A stretch of 63,080 bases of DNA, counting the filler, from Reclinomonas americana ATCC 50394 (Eukaryota), in the NCBI GenBank assembly GCA_048213135.1. It is 24 parts of 24 records of this genome, joined end to end, with 100 filler letters (N's around TTAATTAATTAA, not from the genome) between each part and the next. Parts side by side here need not be neighbours in the genome. Positions count along the whole stretch, not along the records: positions 33,262 to 38,476 come from AFZH01023327.1; positions 38,577 to 42,086 come from AFZH01023328.1; positions 42,187 to 43,524 come from AFZH01023329.1; positions 43,625 to 49,873 come from AFZH01023330.1; 20 more parts are not named here. One strand, given 5' to 3'. The notes beneath the pieces are model-generated. The model worked only from the letters and a program-made list of their open reading frames with translations. It did no database searches and was not told where the DNA came from. The position numbers were made by a program, and so were the translations under genes. This document shows, one piece after another, positions 33,262 to 47,094 of the stretch; position 1 is the first letter of the stretch, and each line of letters opens with the position of its first letter.

Positions 33262-35250
33262 ACCGCTCCTGAGAACGCAACTCAGCGTGATCGTGGGTCC
33301 CGGCTGGCCATCAGTCGACATACCGTAGCATTGAGTCGACAGCCACGCCACGGTCACCACCGGCTCCGCGCAGAACGCAAACGTGCCGTCGCTCGGCTCG
33401 TCGGCTGGGGTGGAAGGATTGCCGACACTGGCAAAGCCGAGCAACACGCGCGGACGGCGGTAGAACTCGTGCGCAAACGTGAACCGGATCGTGGTTGCCG
33501 TCACTGCCAGTGTTGACATGTTCGGCTTGGCGTCGACCTCGGTATCCAACGGAGTCGATGTGGGATTGATGCTGCTCGGACTTAGGCCGCCGTCCGTCAT
33601 GAAGCCAGAGGTGAACGACTCCTCCGACGACACATACGGTCCGTTGTTGGCCGCCACACACAACTTGTAGGCACCCACCGCCGCCACTCGACCCGTTCGG
33701 TGTGATGGTCGCGCGGTACAGGCGACAGCCAGTGCTGTACAGACACGTATCGGCGCCACCACGCACAAACACCGCGCCGACACTGCCCGTCAGCGTCGAG
33801 TAGTCCGACAGAGTGGCGCAATCGACGCCCGCCGGCACCAGCTTGAAGCTCGTGCAGTCGGTAAAGTTGTCAGCGGAGGAGCCGATCACAATCGAGTTGG
33901 CGACGCCGTAGGTGAGCACGGGTGGAGCAGCGAAGGATACCACCGGCGTCGATGAGGCGTCCGTCACGATGAGTGGGAGCTGCTGCAGGCGGTACACAGA
34001 GGTGCCGCCGGCCTGGAACCTGGCAAATGGGAAAGGAGGCGATGAGAGACGGCGGAGGGGGGAGAAGGAGGGGAAGGGAGAGGGAAGAGGGAGGGAGAGG
34101 GGAGGTGAGAGAAAGGAAAGAATCAAGGGAGACGAAGCATAGCGCGATCTCTCTCCCCTCCCCTCTCTCCACATCGAACGCAACTTGCCACACAGATAAT
34201 ACACGCCCGGCGACACCAGCGTGCACGAACCCGTCGCAGTCGCACCCAACGCGCCCTGCGTGAACGACGCGCCAGTGGCCACCGAGAAGTCAATGTGCAG
34301 GCCAGTCGGATCACTGCTCTGCAGAGTGACGCTCGAGTTTGCTGCCGGCGATCCGCTGCAATCGGCGGCCGAGTACAAGCCAAACGAGCTGCCAGAGCCC
34401 AGCTCACGATTGGCAAAGTGCTGGCCAGTCACCGTCAGCCGAAAGTCGGCGAGACCATTCACGAGTTGCAGTGACCGGTTCTGGTCGCCAAGGGTGTCTA
34501 AGGGAGGGGAAGGGTGAAGGGAACAGAGAGAGAGAGAGAGAGAGAGATAATGTGATGATGATGTTGACAATCAACATGCATGCATGCAGTAGAGAGAGCG
34601 ACGCAACAGACTAACACAGTGGCCACAAACTCGTTGCCAATGGCCGTGCCCGCTCCGTCCACATCGATGCACAGGTACCGCTCACCACCAGCGCTGTCAC
34701 CCGATGCGTTGAAGGTGAGCGAGGCAGCGGCGTTGGAGACGACGACAGTGGTGGGCGACACGCCCATGCATGAGCGGTCGAGGAAGAGAGTGGCAGTGGA
34801 GGAAGTCGACCAGGCAATCGTGGAGCCGGTGACGGTGACATCGACAATCTGGCCAGCGGTGCCGGCCTTGATGGCGATGTTGCTGGGCGAGAGTGCTGCA
34901 AAAACAAGGGAATTTCGCGCAAGAAGGAATCAGCAGATCTCTTCAAAAACGGGCTGCTTTTCGCGCGCGTGCATGAAGGAGAATAAGCGGTGGGTGTCGT
35001 GGGGGTGCGTGGTGGAGGCAGAGGGAGAGAAGGACAGGGAGGGATTCTCATACACAGCGTGTCAAACTCGAACATGAATTATCGGGCACGGCACACGCTT
35101 GGGAACAAGATGGCGTCGGTGCGGTGTTGTGCGTGCTTCTCTCTGTGTGTGTGTCGACTCACTTGCAGCAGCTGCCGTGTTGCATAGCGCCGCCAGCGAC
35201 AGCAGCGCGACGAGGCACAGCACAATACTGGAGCGGATCCGGACAAGCAT
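33262..35250 (-). CDS. Secreted/surface Ser-Thr-rich beta protein, multi-exon, 3' partial
   Basis: Signal peptide MLVRIRSSIVLCLVALLSLAALCNTAAA followed by a GTGAGT donor. Repeated units end in G.Y.LC (GERYLC, GVYYLC, GAYKLC). Confidence 0.65.
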
Positions 35251-36889
35251 GGGGAGATGTGTCTCGTGAGCCGCCCCTGTGCAGAGGCGAGATGAGTGTG
35301 TGCCACAGACTACGTGTGCTGTATGTGAATGTGCGAGTGGAACAGTGGAAAAGAGATTCGCGCAGGTGGAGCGTGAAGCAACCGGAGCAAAGACCAGCAG
35401 CACAGCATGCAAACGCGCTTGGGGGCAGGAGGCAAAATAGGAAAGCAGAGACGTCGACGGACGGTGTGGTAAGAGGAGGAAAAGAGACGGACAGCGAGAA
35501 TAGAATGTCACTCACGAAGGAGACATGTGCGTGCTCACCAGCAGGCCAACAAAAAAAATGTGCCAACGGTAGCGGTGCGCGGCGATATATCATGAAATTC
35601 GCGCAAGCGCGCCAAATCCCGCTCATGGCCGGGAGGATTCAACAATTCGCTCATATATCGAGACGCGGAGGGCGCAAAGTTGCGATGTCGGTCGATGCTC
35701 TCAACCTGATTGAAGCTGTAACACCAGCCGTAATATATCGCAAGATGGATACAATAGTTCACCCCCCTCTTCTCAAATCTTCAGCCCCGACGTGCAATCC
35801 CCGCTCGTCGCACACGCCGTCATCGTCGACGTGGCCACCACGCCACTCTTCGGCACACACTGCTTTGTCGACGTCGTGAATGTCCACGAGCCGCAGGCGG
35901 TCAACTGGGAGCACCACAGCGAGCATGCCTGTGCTCCGATGGTCGTGGTGATGGCCCACGTGAGATCGCCACCAGGCCGATCTGCATGCAAGCAACCCAA
36001 CACATCAGCCACGATTCTCTCCCGTCTCTCACCCCTGCGAGAACTCACCCGTGCTGGTCTGGAAGCCGCTGCTGTCATATGCAGCCGCACTCGTCTTGCG
36101 TCCCGACACCAGGCAGAAATGTGTGCCACACACATTGCTGGTTTCTGCATTGGCTGCCGTCGCCGGCACGGTGCTCTGCAGGCAACAAACAAAGCAGTGA
36201 GTTTGTCATCTCCTCACAAACTCCCTTCTCTGATCACCGATCACGTGCCTTCAGTGTGCACACACTCACGCCAAACGTATTCGATGCCGCAGCAGCATCC
36301 AGGTACGTCCACGATCGACACTGCGAAAATCGATCACACAGATCACAGCACCCGATCTCGCTCGGCAGAGAGGCCATCACAGCCAGGACTGTGCCACCGG
36401 GTCGATCCACGTTCTCGAACAGACACACTTCCAACGCCGCTGCTCGAAATGACGAAGAGTGAGACGGTAGACAATCCGGCACTCCGGAGGTACCATGAAA
36501 CGCAACGAGCCACAATTCCACTCTGCGTCGCTGCATATCCTGCATTCGATACTGTATGCACGAACAGCAGTCAGCGTCATATTTCGAGAGAGAGAACATG
36601 TACAGGATATCAATGCAGACGAATTCCAAAGACAGTTGTCGTAGGTGACCAACGAGGAGCCGGTGAAGACTCACTCAGTACAAATCCCTCTAAGCTGTTA
36701 CATCTTCAACATTGCACATCCACTAGCCTATGTGTCTCTCTCCCTGCGCTCTTCACTCCCTCATATCGACCCTTGGCCCTTCGGCCGTCTCCGAGTGTTG
36801 CCCGATACGCTCACACGCGAAGAGCAAATCGCCTCACAATCTCTACCCTTCTTTCTCTTCCCACTCTTTTTTCTCCATCTCCTTTCCCC

Positions 36890-38576
36890 TTCCACGCACC
36901 ATACACAATCATGAACTGCTTCGTGTACGTCAGCGCGCCGTCGCTCACTTGCACAAACACTTGTAGTCGCCGACTCAACGACGGCGCAACCGACAGCGTC
37001 AGCTGGTTGCCGCCAACCAAAGTGAACATAGCCGCGTGCATGCCGCCGACAATACTGAAAGTCGGCGTCTGCCCCGTGTTGAGATCCACCATGCTCAGTG
37101 TACCCACGGTAAATGGCACCGTCGCACTCGAGTATGTCTGAGGTCCCGACAGCAGAATGTCGCTCGGGCCAACAGTCCCTGCGCACACATTATGGTCAGC
37201 TCACACTCACATACACACTCAGACACACGCACTCACATGCATACATCATACACAGAGAGAGGAGGAGGGCGAGAAACAGAGCGAGAAGAAGTAGATTTAT
37301 GGAAAATGAAGCACAGCTCTGAATCTCCACACACAAACAAACACGCAAACAACGGCCGACTGCTCCACGCGCTCTACCTTCCCCTCATTACTCACCAATG
37401 GCGAATGCAGCCACGGCTACATATCCCTTGGCTGGTGTCCATCGCGTGCACAGCTCGTACGTGCCTGTAGTTGCACCCGCTGCTCCAATCGTCAGTGTGA
37501 TGCTGGTCGCGCTGCCGAATGTGCTGCTGACGGTGGTGCTAGTCACGGCCGTCGGCGGAGTTGTGGCACCGCATCGAGGAGTGGCCAACACATATGCCGA
37601 CGAGTCGGCCGAGTTATTGAGCAGCCCAGTGCCCGTCAATGTGATCAACTGGCCAGCCAGTGCCGAAACGAATGTGGCTGACAGTGATGTCACAGTAGGT
37701 GCTGCACGCGAGCGACAAGGCAATCAGCATCATTGTGCATCTTAACATCACACAATCAGAATAGCACGCAACCAGCAATGTTGAGCGTCTGGTCAAACGA
37801 CATGGCGGGATTGCCATTGTCGGTCGTGCGCACAATCACCACCAAGGACGCCGTCACACCAGCACTCGCAAACTGCAGCTGATTGCCAGACACAATCGTC
37901 ACCAATGCGCTGCTCGCACCACCCACCACCGAATACGTGAACGATTGCTGCGAGTTGACATCGCTGGTGCTCATCGTGCCGATCGCCAGTCCCACCGAGC
38001 TGGGCGGGGTGTACGAGCTCGCACTCAGTGTCACCGCCGTCGGTCCATTATTCACTGCGCACAAGGCAAGGTCAGCATCCACACCATACAACACTCCCAA
38101 TCGAACATTCACTCACCTGACGTCACACTGAACGACTTGTCGACAAACATGGGCGGCGTGCCATTGTCGAACGAGCGGATTGAGACGGCCAGAGGACTGC
38201 CCGACTGGCCAGCCGAGGTGATCTGCAACTGCGCACTGCTCGTTGAAAAAGTGCTCGCATTCGCACCTCCCGTGATCGCGTACGTGTACGACTGGCTCCC
38301 GTCATTATCGCTGGTACTCATCGTACACACAGGCATGTTGGCCGTCGACGGTGCAACATAAGTAATGGTAGAGCAGACAATGTCGGTCGGCGCCGAGTTG
38401 GTGGTGGTGAAGGACATGGTGGAGCCGGTGAGGGTGCTCGGCACGGTGGACGTCGACAGGGCACGGAAGTAGTACGNNNNNNNNNNNNNNNNNNNNNNNN
38501 NNNNNNNNNNNNNNNNNNNNTTAATTAATTAANNNNNNNNNNNNNNNNNNNNNNNNNNNNNNNNNNNNNNNNNNNN

Positions 38577-38621
<45 letters not shown>

Positions 38622-40493
38622 TGATTGGCTGAGTAAGTACGAAGGAGAGATACAAGCAGGGGCACGGGAGAAGAGGGAGGAGTAGACGACAACATGAAGA
38701 AGAAAGCAGGAATGCACCCTGTCACAGACAGAAAGAGTGAGAGAAGAGCGAGGACAGGAGACACAGACGTAGAGCATGGAAGACCACGCAAATCACACTG
38801 CCTCACCCGTAGTGATGGTGAACGCCTTGTCGAAGAACAGCGCCGGCGATCCATTGTCGGTCGACCGAATCGTCACCGCCAGCGAGCTGCTAGCCTGCCC
38901 TGCCGCCACAATCACCAGCGACTGCCCGCTGATCGAAAACACCGCGCTGTTGGCGCCACCGACAATCGAGTACGTGAACGACTGCCCCGCATTCGCGTCC
39001 GTCGTCTGCAGCCCGCACACGACTTGATTCGCCACCGATGGCGACACATACGTCGTCGATGAGCAGCTAATGTCGGTCGGAGCCACATTGGTGGTGGTGG
39101 TGAACGACACGGTGGAGCCATTGATGGTGCTGGGTGTGGAGGTGACACCGACGGCGCGATAGTAGAACGTCCAGTTGCTCACCAATCCACTCAACGAGGC
39201 GGTGATGGAAGTGGCCGCAGAGCCAGTGGCAGTGGCGGGTGTAGCCGACACCGATTGAGATGCCAGCGAGAGGCGACGAATGATGTGCGTGGTGTAATCG
39301 GCAACCAGCACCGATGCCGTCGATGCATCGAATGCGACGTGCACGGGCGAGTTGAAGCGTGCCACGGTCAGAGCGCTGCCGTTGGCTGATCCGCTCACGC
39401 CCGCTGCGCCGCCAATCGTCGACAAAGACGAGTCTGAAACGCGGAGTTGCCGCACAGTGTTGTTGACTGACTGCGTGGGGGAGAAGGCGTTGAGAATCGA
39501 GACAACGATATGCTCAACGAGTGTGGGGTGATACTCAACATCGGCAACGTAGATGACGTTGTTTCCTGCGTCGTATGCCAGTCCGATCGGCGTGTTGAAG
39601 CGGGCAGCCGTTCCTGGTGCGCATCGATCAGCAAGCACGAAAGGATCACACTAAGTTGCCCATGATAATCAACTCACCGGTGGCATCCGTGGATCCAGAT
39701 GTGCCGCTCGTAGACCCCGCCACCGTCGTCACCGTCATCGCCACCGTGTCGATAGCGCGGATGGAGTTGTTCACACGGTCGGCTGCAATCACGAGCAAGC
39801 AGGATGGAAGGATGAGGATGGGAGGGAAATGGCATCATCTCTCGCTCCCACACAACGCTCACCAACATACAGCGTGGTTCCGACGAGAAGCACGCCGTTG
39901 GGACCACCGAATAGCGCTGTTCCCGCACACGCACCATCGGCAGTGCCACTCACGCCCGCCGAGCCGCAAAAGGTCGTCACCACACCGGCGTAGGTCACTC
40001 GCCGCACAGTGTTGTTGAGCCAGTCGGCCACATACACCACTTGGTTCGTCGCGTCAATGGCGATGCCAGCAGGCTGATTGAAGGAGGCGGCTGCGCCAGA
40101 GCCACTGGCATTCCCCGACGCTCCGTTTCCCGCCAACGTGGTGACTGCTGCTCCAGCGGTGACAGCACGCACAGCGTGGTTCGTCAACTGTGCGAGAGAG
40201 ACAGCAATGAGTCAAAGGAATGCATCGTGATCACGAATGCGAGAACACACTCACATCGGCGACATACATCGTTCCCGTGGTTTGGTCAATGGCGAGGCCG
40301 GCAACACTGGGAGCATGTGTGTGTGAGAGAGAGAGAAGAAGAAGAAGACGAAGGAGGACGAGGAGGAAGGAGGGAGGATCGTGGTGAGGATGCTGATGAT
40401 GCTGATGCTGATGATGATGATGAGGAGGAGGAGGAGGAGGAGGAGGAGAAGAAGAAGAAGAAGAAGAAGAACATGAACAACAACAACAACAAT

Positions 40494-40536
<43 letters not shown>

Positions 40537-41270
40537 CAAGAAGAAGAAGAAGAAGAACGCACTTTTTGAACTGCGCTGCCACTCCGGTACCATCCACCAG
40601 GCCGCATGTGCTTCCCGCAAAGGTGGTCACTGTGGCTGCAGCAGTGACGCGTCGAATGCGACAGTTTCTGCCATCATCATTGCGCGCACAGAGTGAGAAG
40701 ACACAGCGACGGATCAACAATCGACAGACTTGGCAAACCCGTAGTCGCCCACATAAACGTTGCCCATGGCGTCAAAGGCCAGTCCCTGTGGAGAGAGCAC
40801 ACATACAATGTATCAGAACAGCGCACGGCAGGCAAAGCAAGAACACCTTTTTTTGCACAAACCATTGGCGTATTCAGCAATGCACTTGTGCCGACGCCAT
40901 TGGTCGTTCCCGAGGTGCCAGCCGTGCCCACAATGGTGGAGACAGTGGCAGAGGAGACACCAATGGCGGCGGCGTATGGGGACCACTGAAAGGAGTTGGT
41001 GGTGCCGCCTGCGACACTGTTGGGGTTGACCCACGCATTGAGAGTGGCGGACGAGCCGGTGACATTGGTGGCGACGGCAGTGGTCACTGTCTGGGCGTCT
41101 GCGGGAGGATAAAGAGAGTGTGTGAGAAACGGGAGAGGGGACGACATGTGCGCCCTCTCCGCAGCGTCGCTCGCTCACTCTCTCACGTGCACGCACACGC
41201 AACTCGCAATGACAACGAATGAGTGGAGGAGAAGGTGAGCGACAAGCGCGATGCTGAAGAGCATGCGCAT
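36890..41270 (-). CDS. Large surface protein with NHL repeats, FN3-like and cadherin-like domains, multi-exon over two contigs; ends approximate
   Basis: NHL units ARFNSPVHVAFD, ASFNQPAGIAID and ARFNTPIGLAYD; four cadherin-like units (APTDI..D....FTYSIVGG..IRSTDNG.P); hydrophobic N-terminus at 41270. Confidence 0.7.
40326..40557. repeat. Compound intronic microsatellite (GA, GAA, GAT, GAG, AAC tracts)
   Basis: Read directly from the sequence. Confidence 0.95.
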
Positions 41271-41997
41271 AACGCTGATGCGAGTGTGTGCGCGGGAGAA
41301 GTTCATGAATACAACAACGGTGGAAAGGCCTGGAAACGCCGAATTTGGCGCCAAATTTGAGTGGTCTGACGGGACGTTTCGCGGCTCAGGTGACTGCCGC
41401 TGCAAGAAAGAGAGCGTGGGGTACTCTCCAGCTCCCACAGCTTGGGCACTGCGGAAAACGCCTTGAGCGTCCGACGTCGATACCGATCTCGACGTCGACG
41501 ACGGCTAAAATGAAATCGCCAATGCACTGGCTGGCCGGACGGGAGCGCGACGGACCACCGCGACTGGACACAACACAGCACTTGCCTTCCTTCACGTTGC
41601 AGAGCACGCGCAAAGCAACTAACTTTGAGCCCACCACTTCGCGACAAACAATTGTCTGAAAACTTGTCTTCACTTGCTTTCTCATGGCCTCCGCGTGCGG
41701 TTGCTGCATCGACGCCTGCAGTTGTGTATGCAAGTATCTTGCCTCTCTCACTCATCACTCAATGCTGATTTTGTGTGTCTGTGAAAGTCCCTTGCATTTG
41801 CACGAGTGTGTGGTTCGTGATCTCTGACTCTCTCTCTCTCGCACTCGTCTCACTCACTGGCGGCGATGTATGCAGCTGCTTTGCACAACTCGGCATCAAT
41901 CATGTCAAGTATGGTGAGAGGGGAGGAGAGGGAAAGAGAGAGGAAGAGAGCGGAAGAGAGAAAGGCTAGTGAGTGAGTGAGTGAGAGAGAGTGCGAG

Positions 41998-42033
<36 letters not shown>

Positions 42034-42596
42034 AGTGAGAGTGAGTGAGTGTGTGTGTGTGGGTGTGAGTGAGAGAGAGTGATCGTNNNNNNNNNNNNNN
42101 NNNNNNNNNNNNNNNNNNNNNNNNNNNNNNTTAATTAATTAANNNNNNNNNNNNNNNNNNNNNNNNNNNNNNNNNNNNNNNNNNNNTCCTCCTCCTCCTG
42201 CTCCCCCTCCTCCTCCTCCTCTTCCTGCTGCTGCTGCTTCTTACTGCTCATTCTCCTTCTGGTGTCCTCCGTGCTCTCCTTTGCTTTCTTCTTCTTCTTC
42301 TTCTTCTTCTTCTTCTTCTTCTTCTTCTTCTTCTTCTTGTTCTCTCCTCTTCTTCTTCTTCTTGTTCTTCTTCTTCTTCCTGTTCTTGTTCACCTTCTCC
42401 TTCTTGTTCTTCCTCTTCCTGCTTCACTCGCTGACCATCCCTCCACCTCCCCACCCACAGGCACTCTTCTGTTCTGCTGTGTTGCGTCTCACCCAGCTGC
42501 ACCACACGCCCACCTTCGCGTGCGCTCATTGCACCCTCCTTCCCCCTTCCTCAGGTTCCCGTCCTCATGATCTCGCAAATCCCTCCGCTTCGCGCC

Positions 42597-44637
42597 ATGG
42601 AGGACACTGTCGCCGGAACCTCCTACCGCGACTGCTGCAGCGTCACCGACAATTGCTACATTCCTGGCAGTGCGTCCACCGCGTCTCACCTTTCCTCCTT
42701 CTTTTTCCTCATCATCATCATCATGCGCAGGTTGCTGTTGCACGCCATGCTGCCTCTGCTACATGGGCTACCGCGCCAACCGCATTCAGCGCGCCTACGC
42801 CAACGGTGTCGCTCGCTCGCCGTGGCTGGCGCCGGAACCGCCGCCACCGCCACCCATGTTTGCCAACGCATACAACTCGGCACCATCGCCCCCTCCGCCA
42901 CTCCTTTTCAACTCGGCACCGCAGCCTGCACCGCAGCCTCCGCGTCCGGCGTATGTACCGCCGCCAGCGCCCCTGGCCCCGGTCTCTATTCGGCGCGTGC
43001 TCGACGGGAGCCTGCGCTGCGAGTCGTGCCTCGGCAGTGAGCGTGGCATGGCGGTGTTTGCGCTGCAGTGCTCGCACGGATTGCATGCCGAGTGCTTGGT
43101 GGCCGCGCTGCGCCACGACATGCAGGCCAATCGCCGATTGCAGTGTGCGAGCACCGGGTGTCGCAGGGGTGAGTCTGAGGAAGGGAGGCAGAGGAGAAGA
43201 GGGAAACGAGTGCTGTTGTAATCCTCTCTCTCTCTCTCTTTTTACATCCTTCTCATCTGATTCAGTCTGCTTGCAACCACACATCTGGTGGTGGAAGGAG
43301 GCGGCTGACACAGGAAAGAGGGAGCATTTCTTCCTCTTCCTGTCTCTCCCTCCGTGGGGGGAAGGAGAAGGGGGGAGGAAACAGGGAAATAGAGAGGGTG
43401 GGAAGAGAAGGGAACAGGGTGGAGAAGGAGGGGAGGGACAATGGGAAGGAGAAGGGGGAACAGGGGGAAGGAAAAGCAGGGGAAAGTTGAGGGGGAATGG
43501 AACAGTCTCCTTCCCCCTTCTCCTNNNNNNNNNNNNNNNNNNNNNNNNNNNNNNNNNNNNNNNNNNNNTTAATTAATTAANNNNNNNNNNNNNNNNNNNN
43601 NNNNNNNNNNNNNNNNNNNNNNNNCTCCCCCCTCCTCCTTCCCCCTCGTTCCTTCCCCCTCGTTTCCCGTTCTTCCCTTCCTGTTTCCTTCTCACTTTCT
43701 CCCTTCTCTTCCCACCCTCTCTCTTTCCCTTTTACCTTCCCCCTTTCCTTCCCCCCTTCTCCCTTCTCACCCTCTCCCTTCCCCGTTCCCCCTCCATCAG
43801 AGGTCGCCCCGGAAATCGTGAGCGCCGCCGCCGCGGACCAGCGGGCCACTGCAGTCGCCGACGACTACCACGACTTCCTCAACCGCCAGTTCGTGACCGC
43901 TGTGCTCCACGGCATCGCTTGCCCCAACGAGCAGGTACGCATGAAGTACTTCCTACCTCCTCCTTTATCTCCTCGCGCATCGCTGCTCCTTCTTCGCAGT
44001 GCCGCACCATGATCGAGGCCGGTGACGTGCAGCAGACCGTGGTCGACTGCGCCGCCTGCAAGACCAGGTCCGTGCATCCAGTGCATACCGCCTTTGCGTT
44101 TTCCTCTCTCACTCACCGTCTGATGTACAGATTCTGCGCGCGATGCGGACGCCGCCGCCCGGCAGGCGCCAACACCTGCGATGGATGCGACACGGCAGAG
44201 AGCTCACTAAACACTGTCCTCCAGCACTGCGGACTGAAGAAGATCAGCGGTCTGCCGGGTGACGTGCCGGCCGTGCGCGCGTGTCCGCGATGCCACAACC
44301 CGATTGGTCAGTATTTCTTCTCTTGCCGCATATTCTCTTTTCTTTGCGTCGCTCATTGAATGCAGAGCATGCCGAGGCGTGCAAGCACATGAAATGCCAG
44401 GCGGTGCGTTGTGCGACTGTGAGAGTGCTGCACTGTCATAACGCTCACTCGCGTCGTCTTACAGTGCCAAGCCGAATTCTGTTTCCGCTGCTTGCAGGTC
44501 AAGCCCGAGGGAGGCACATGGCCGTTGCGTGCTTTGTGACACACCTATTTTATGAACAGCGATTGAACTGTTGTCTCTCACACAGGTGCGGCGCCTTCAA
44601 TCACCCGTGCGACATTGCCCCTCGCCAGCGTTTTTGA
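42597..44637 (+). CDS. RBR E3 ubiquitin ligase copy B, with N-terminal Cys-rich and Pro-rich regions, RING1-IBR-RING2 (two contigs)
   Basis: N-terminus DCCS..CYIPG/SCCCTPCCLCYMGYR; RING1 CESC..CSHGLHAEC..CASTGC; IBR/RING2 in 43800-44637 nearly identical to copy A. Confidence 0.8.
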
Positions 44638-44816
44638 AATCGATATTGACAGTCCACACCAATGAACCGGCGTGTTATTCGCCCCTTCGCTTGTCTCGCA
44701 CCGCCGACACCACCTCGCTCTCTTGCGTGTGTGTGCCGTTGCGCGCGCACAGTAAGAGAGAGTGGGCAGGTGTCGCTGTTGGTCCTGCGTGTTTTTTTGT
44801 TGCTTTCCTGTGAGAC

Positions 44817-47094
44817 ATGTCTGTGCGGCATCCCACACACGATGCGCATGGCGACAACCGCGCGCGCGTCACTGTGCCACTAGCCGCCTCCAATAGCAGC
44901 ATCAACGTGTCGCCCGCTGCTGCATTGGGGGCAACAAGTGGGCAGCATGCGGCACATGTGCATGTGGCACATGCAGCGGCGGCGACGCCCACGCTTTTGT
45001 CGCCCGTTTCGTCGAGCATTTCGCTGGCGTCGTCGGTCGGTGCGCCGCTGTTGATGTCGTCGGTGGCTTCCAGTGACGCGTCTGCAAATTCGGCGTCCAA
45101 TTCGTCGTCGTTGCCAATGCCGGTGACGGCGTCGAAGACGACGAGGTGGGCGCGGTTGGTTGTCGCGGGCACATATGGCATGGTGTCGTTTTTTGGTGAG
45201 TGGGATGGAGGGATGAGAGGGAAGGGATTTGCTAGTTCTTTCTTTCCTCTTGACTTTGTTTCTCGGAGGTTGTCTCAGGCTCTTCTTTCTCTTGCTTTGT
45301 TTTCCTGTTTGCGTGCAGAGCGCCTGGCTGCTTCTCGCTTGTGTTCTCGATTTTCTCTTCGTTTGGAGTCCTTCTTGCACGCGTGACTTGCTTCTTCAGT
45401 TGCATTCTCTATCTTGCTTCTTGATTCCCTTCCCTTCGTGTGACTTGCACAGCTTTTCTCGCTCTTCGTTGCTGCATCTCGTCGTCCCTTCGACTTCTTC
45501 TCTTGCCCTCCCTCCCTTCTCATATCCCTTCCCCCCATTTTTGCAGCCATTCTGGCCAACAAAGCCGTGCTCTCTCGCAAGGGCGGCTACGGCTGGCACG
45601 CCTCGTCGGCCCTGCTCTTCCTGCAGTCGATTTTCACTGTCAGCCTGATGTGGCTCGCCCAGCGGTACCGCCTCATGCCGCCACTGCCGTCAATCACCAT
45701 GGAGCGCTCGCTACAAGTGGCTCCCGTGGCGCTGTTGAATTTCGTCACAGTGGCTCTGGGCTTGCCGGCGTTGTCGTACCTGACGGTGCCGACGTACACG
45801 GTGCTGAAGCGGTGTTCGATTGTGCTGCTGGTGCCCCTCGAGTATTGGGTGCTGAATAGAATGGCCTCGCCTCTTGTCAGTTGAGTCTGGTCGTCGTCGT
45901 CGTCGTGGTGGTTGTCTCCCCCTTTATATCACTCACTCACTCCTCTCCCTGTGCAGTTGTGTCGCTGGCCATGATGATGATTGGCGCGGTTGTGTCGTCG
46001 TATTTCGACTTGGCGTTTTCGTGGATTGGCTACATCTTCGGCATAGGCAGTGCGGCAGCGCAGGCCTTCAGCTTCGTGCTGGTCAAGAAGCAAGGCAAGA
46101 ACATGGACGTGGTGGAGATGGTTCTCTACAACGCGCTGTACACCATCCCGCTGTCGTTGGTGTCGGTGGTGCTGTTTGATGAGGTGAGGATTGGTGGGGA
46201 TTGGTGATCCGTGGAATTTCATCGGCATAGTATGCTCTCTCTCTTCGATTCTCTCCCTCGTCGCTGCTCTCTCACTTCCCTCTCTCCCTCCCTCTTGCTT
46301 CCAATCTTGCCTCTCGCATCTCCTCTCCTTCCCCTTCCCCCTTTCACTTCCCCCTCCCTCTTCCCTCTCTCTACCCGACGCCACCAGCTCGGTACGTTTC
46401 AATTAATATTGGTCGACGTACTGTTTAGAGGCATTGAAAGATCGGAGATCAATTGTGGGCACGAGTATACCCGATAAAAACTTCTTGATGGCGCCTGTTT
46501 CAGTTGGTGCCATCGCACTCGAAGCCACACATTCTTTTTATCTTTCGTTTTTCTGCCTATGTTTCTTTTCACTTCACCTCGGTGGATGGACATGGCTGTG
46601 TGCTGACGGAATTTGTTGATCGCGCGCAGATGTCCACCATTATGGGGTATACTCGGTACACGGAGCTCGGCTTCCAGGGCATGTTATTCGCCACATTGAG
46701 CATTGGACTCCTGCTGACTGTTGCGTGTGCTGATGAACTGAAATAGTTGTCTTCCTCTTTGCTCACTTGTCTCTATGCGCAGTACTCGCAATTCAGCAAC
46801 ATTACCGTGAACTCGCCCATTACCAACGCTGTCGTCGGTCAGTGCAAGAATGTGTTTACGACCGTCCTCGGATTCCTGCTGTTCGAGTCCATTGAGGTTT
46901 GTGTGTCTCCCACCCATCACCTCTCTTGTACTTCTACGTTCTTGCCACTCACGCGGCTCACACACACACACACACAGGTCAACTTTTACAACGTCATGGG
47001 CCTCGTGCTCTCGTTTGGTGGCGGTGTGGTCTTTTCGTACGCGAAATTGCTGGAGGATCTCGCCAAGCGGCAGCGTGGTGGCGGCAAGGACTGA
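44817..47094 (+). CDS. Nucleotide-sugar transporter (SLC35/TPT family), multi-exon
   Basis: ILANKAVL, LLFLQ, ALSYLTVPTYTVLKR, MVLYNAL, VNSPITNAVVGQCKN and GGGVVFSYAK. Confidence 0.85.

Noticed and set aside
35792..37141. 449-aa plus-strand ORF
   Set aside because: No recognisable motifs, partly antisense to cadherin-like exons and crosses intron-like pyrimidine tracts.
40041..43576. Long ORFs with poly-Asn, poly-Ser, poly-Cys or poly-Phe tracts
   Set aside because: These are translations of microsatellites, mostly antisense to or outside the real exons.
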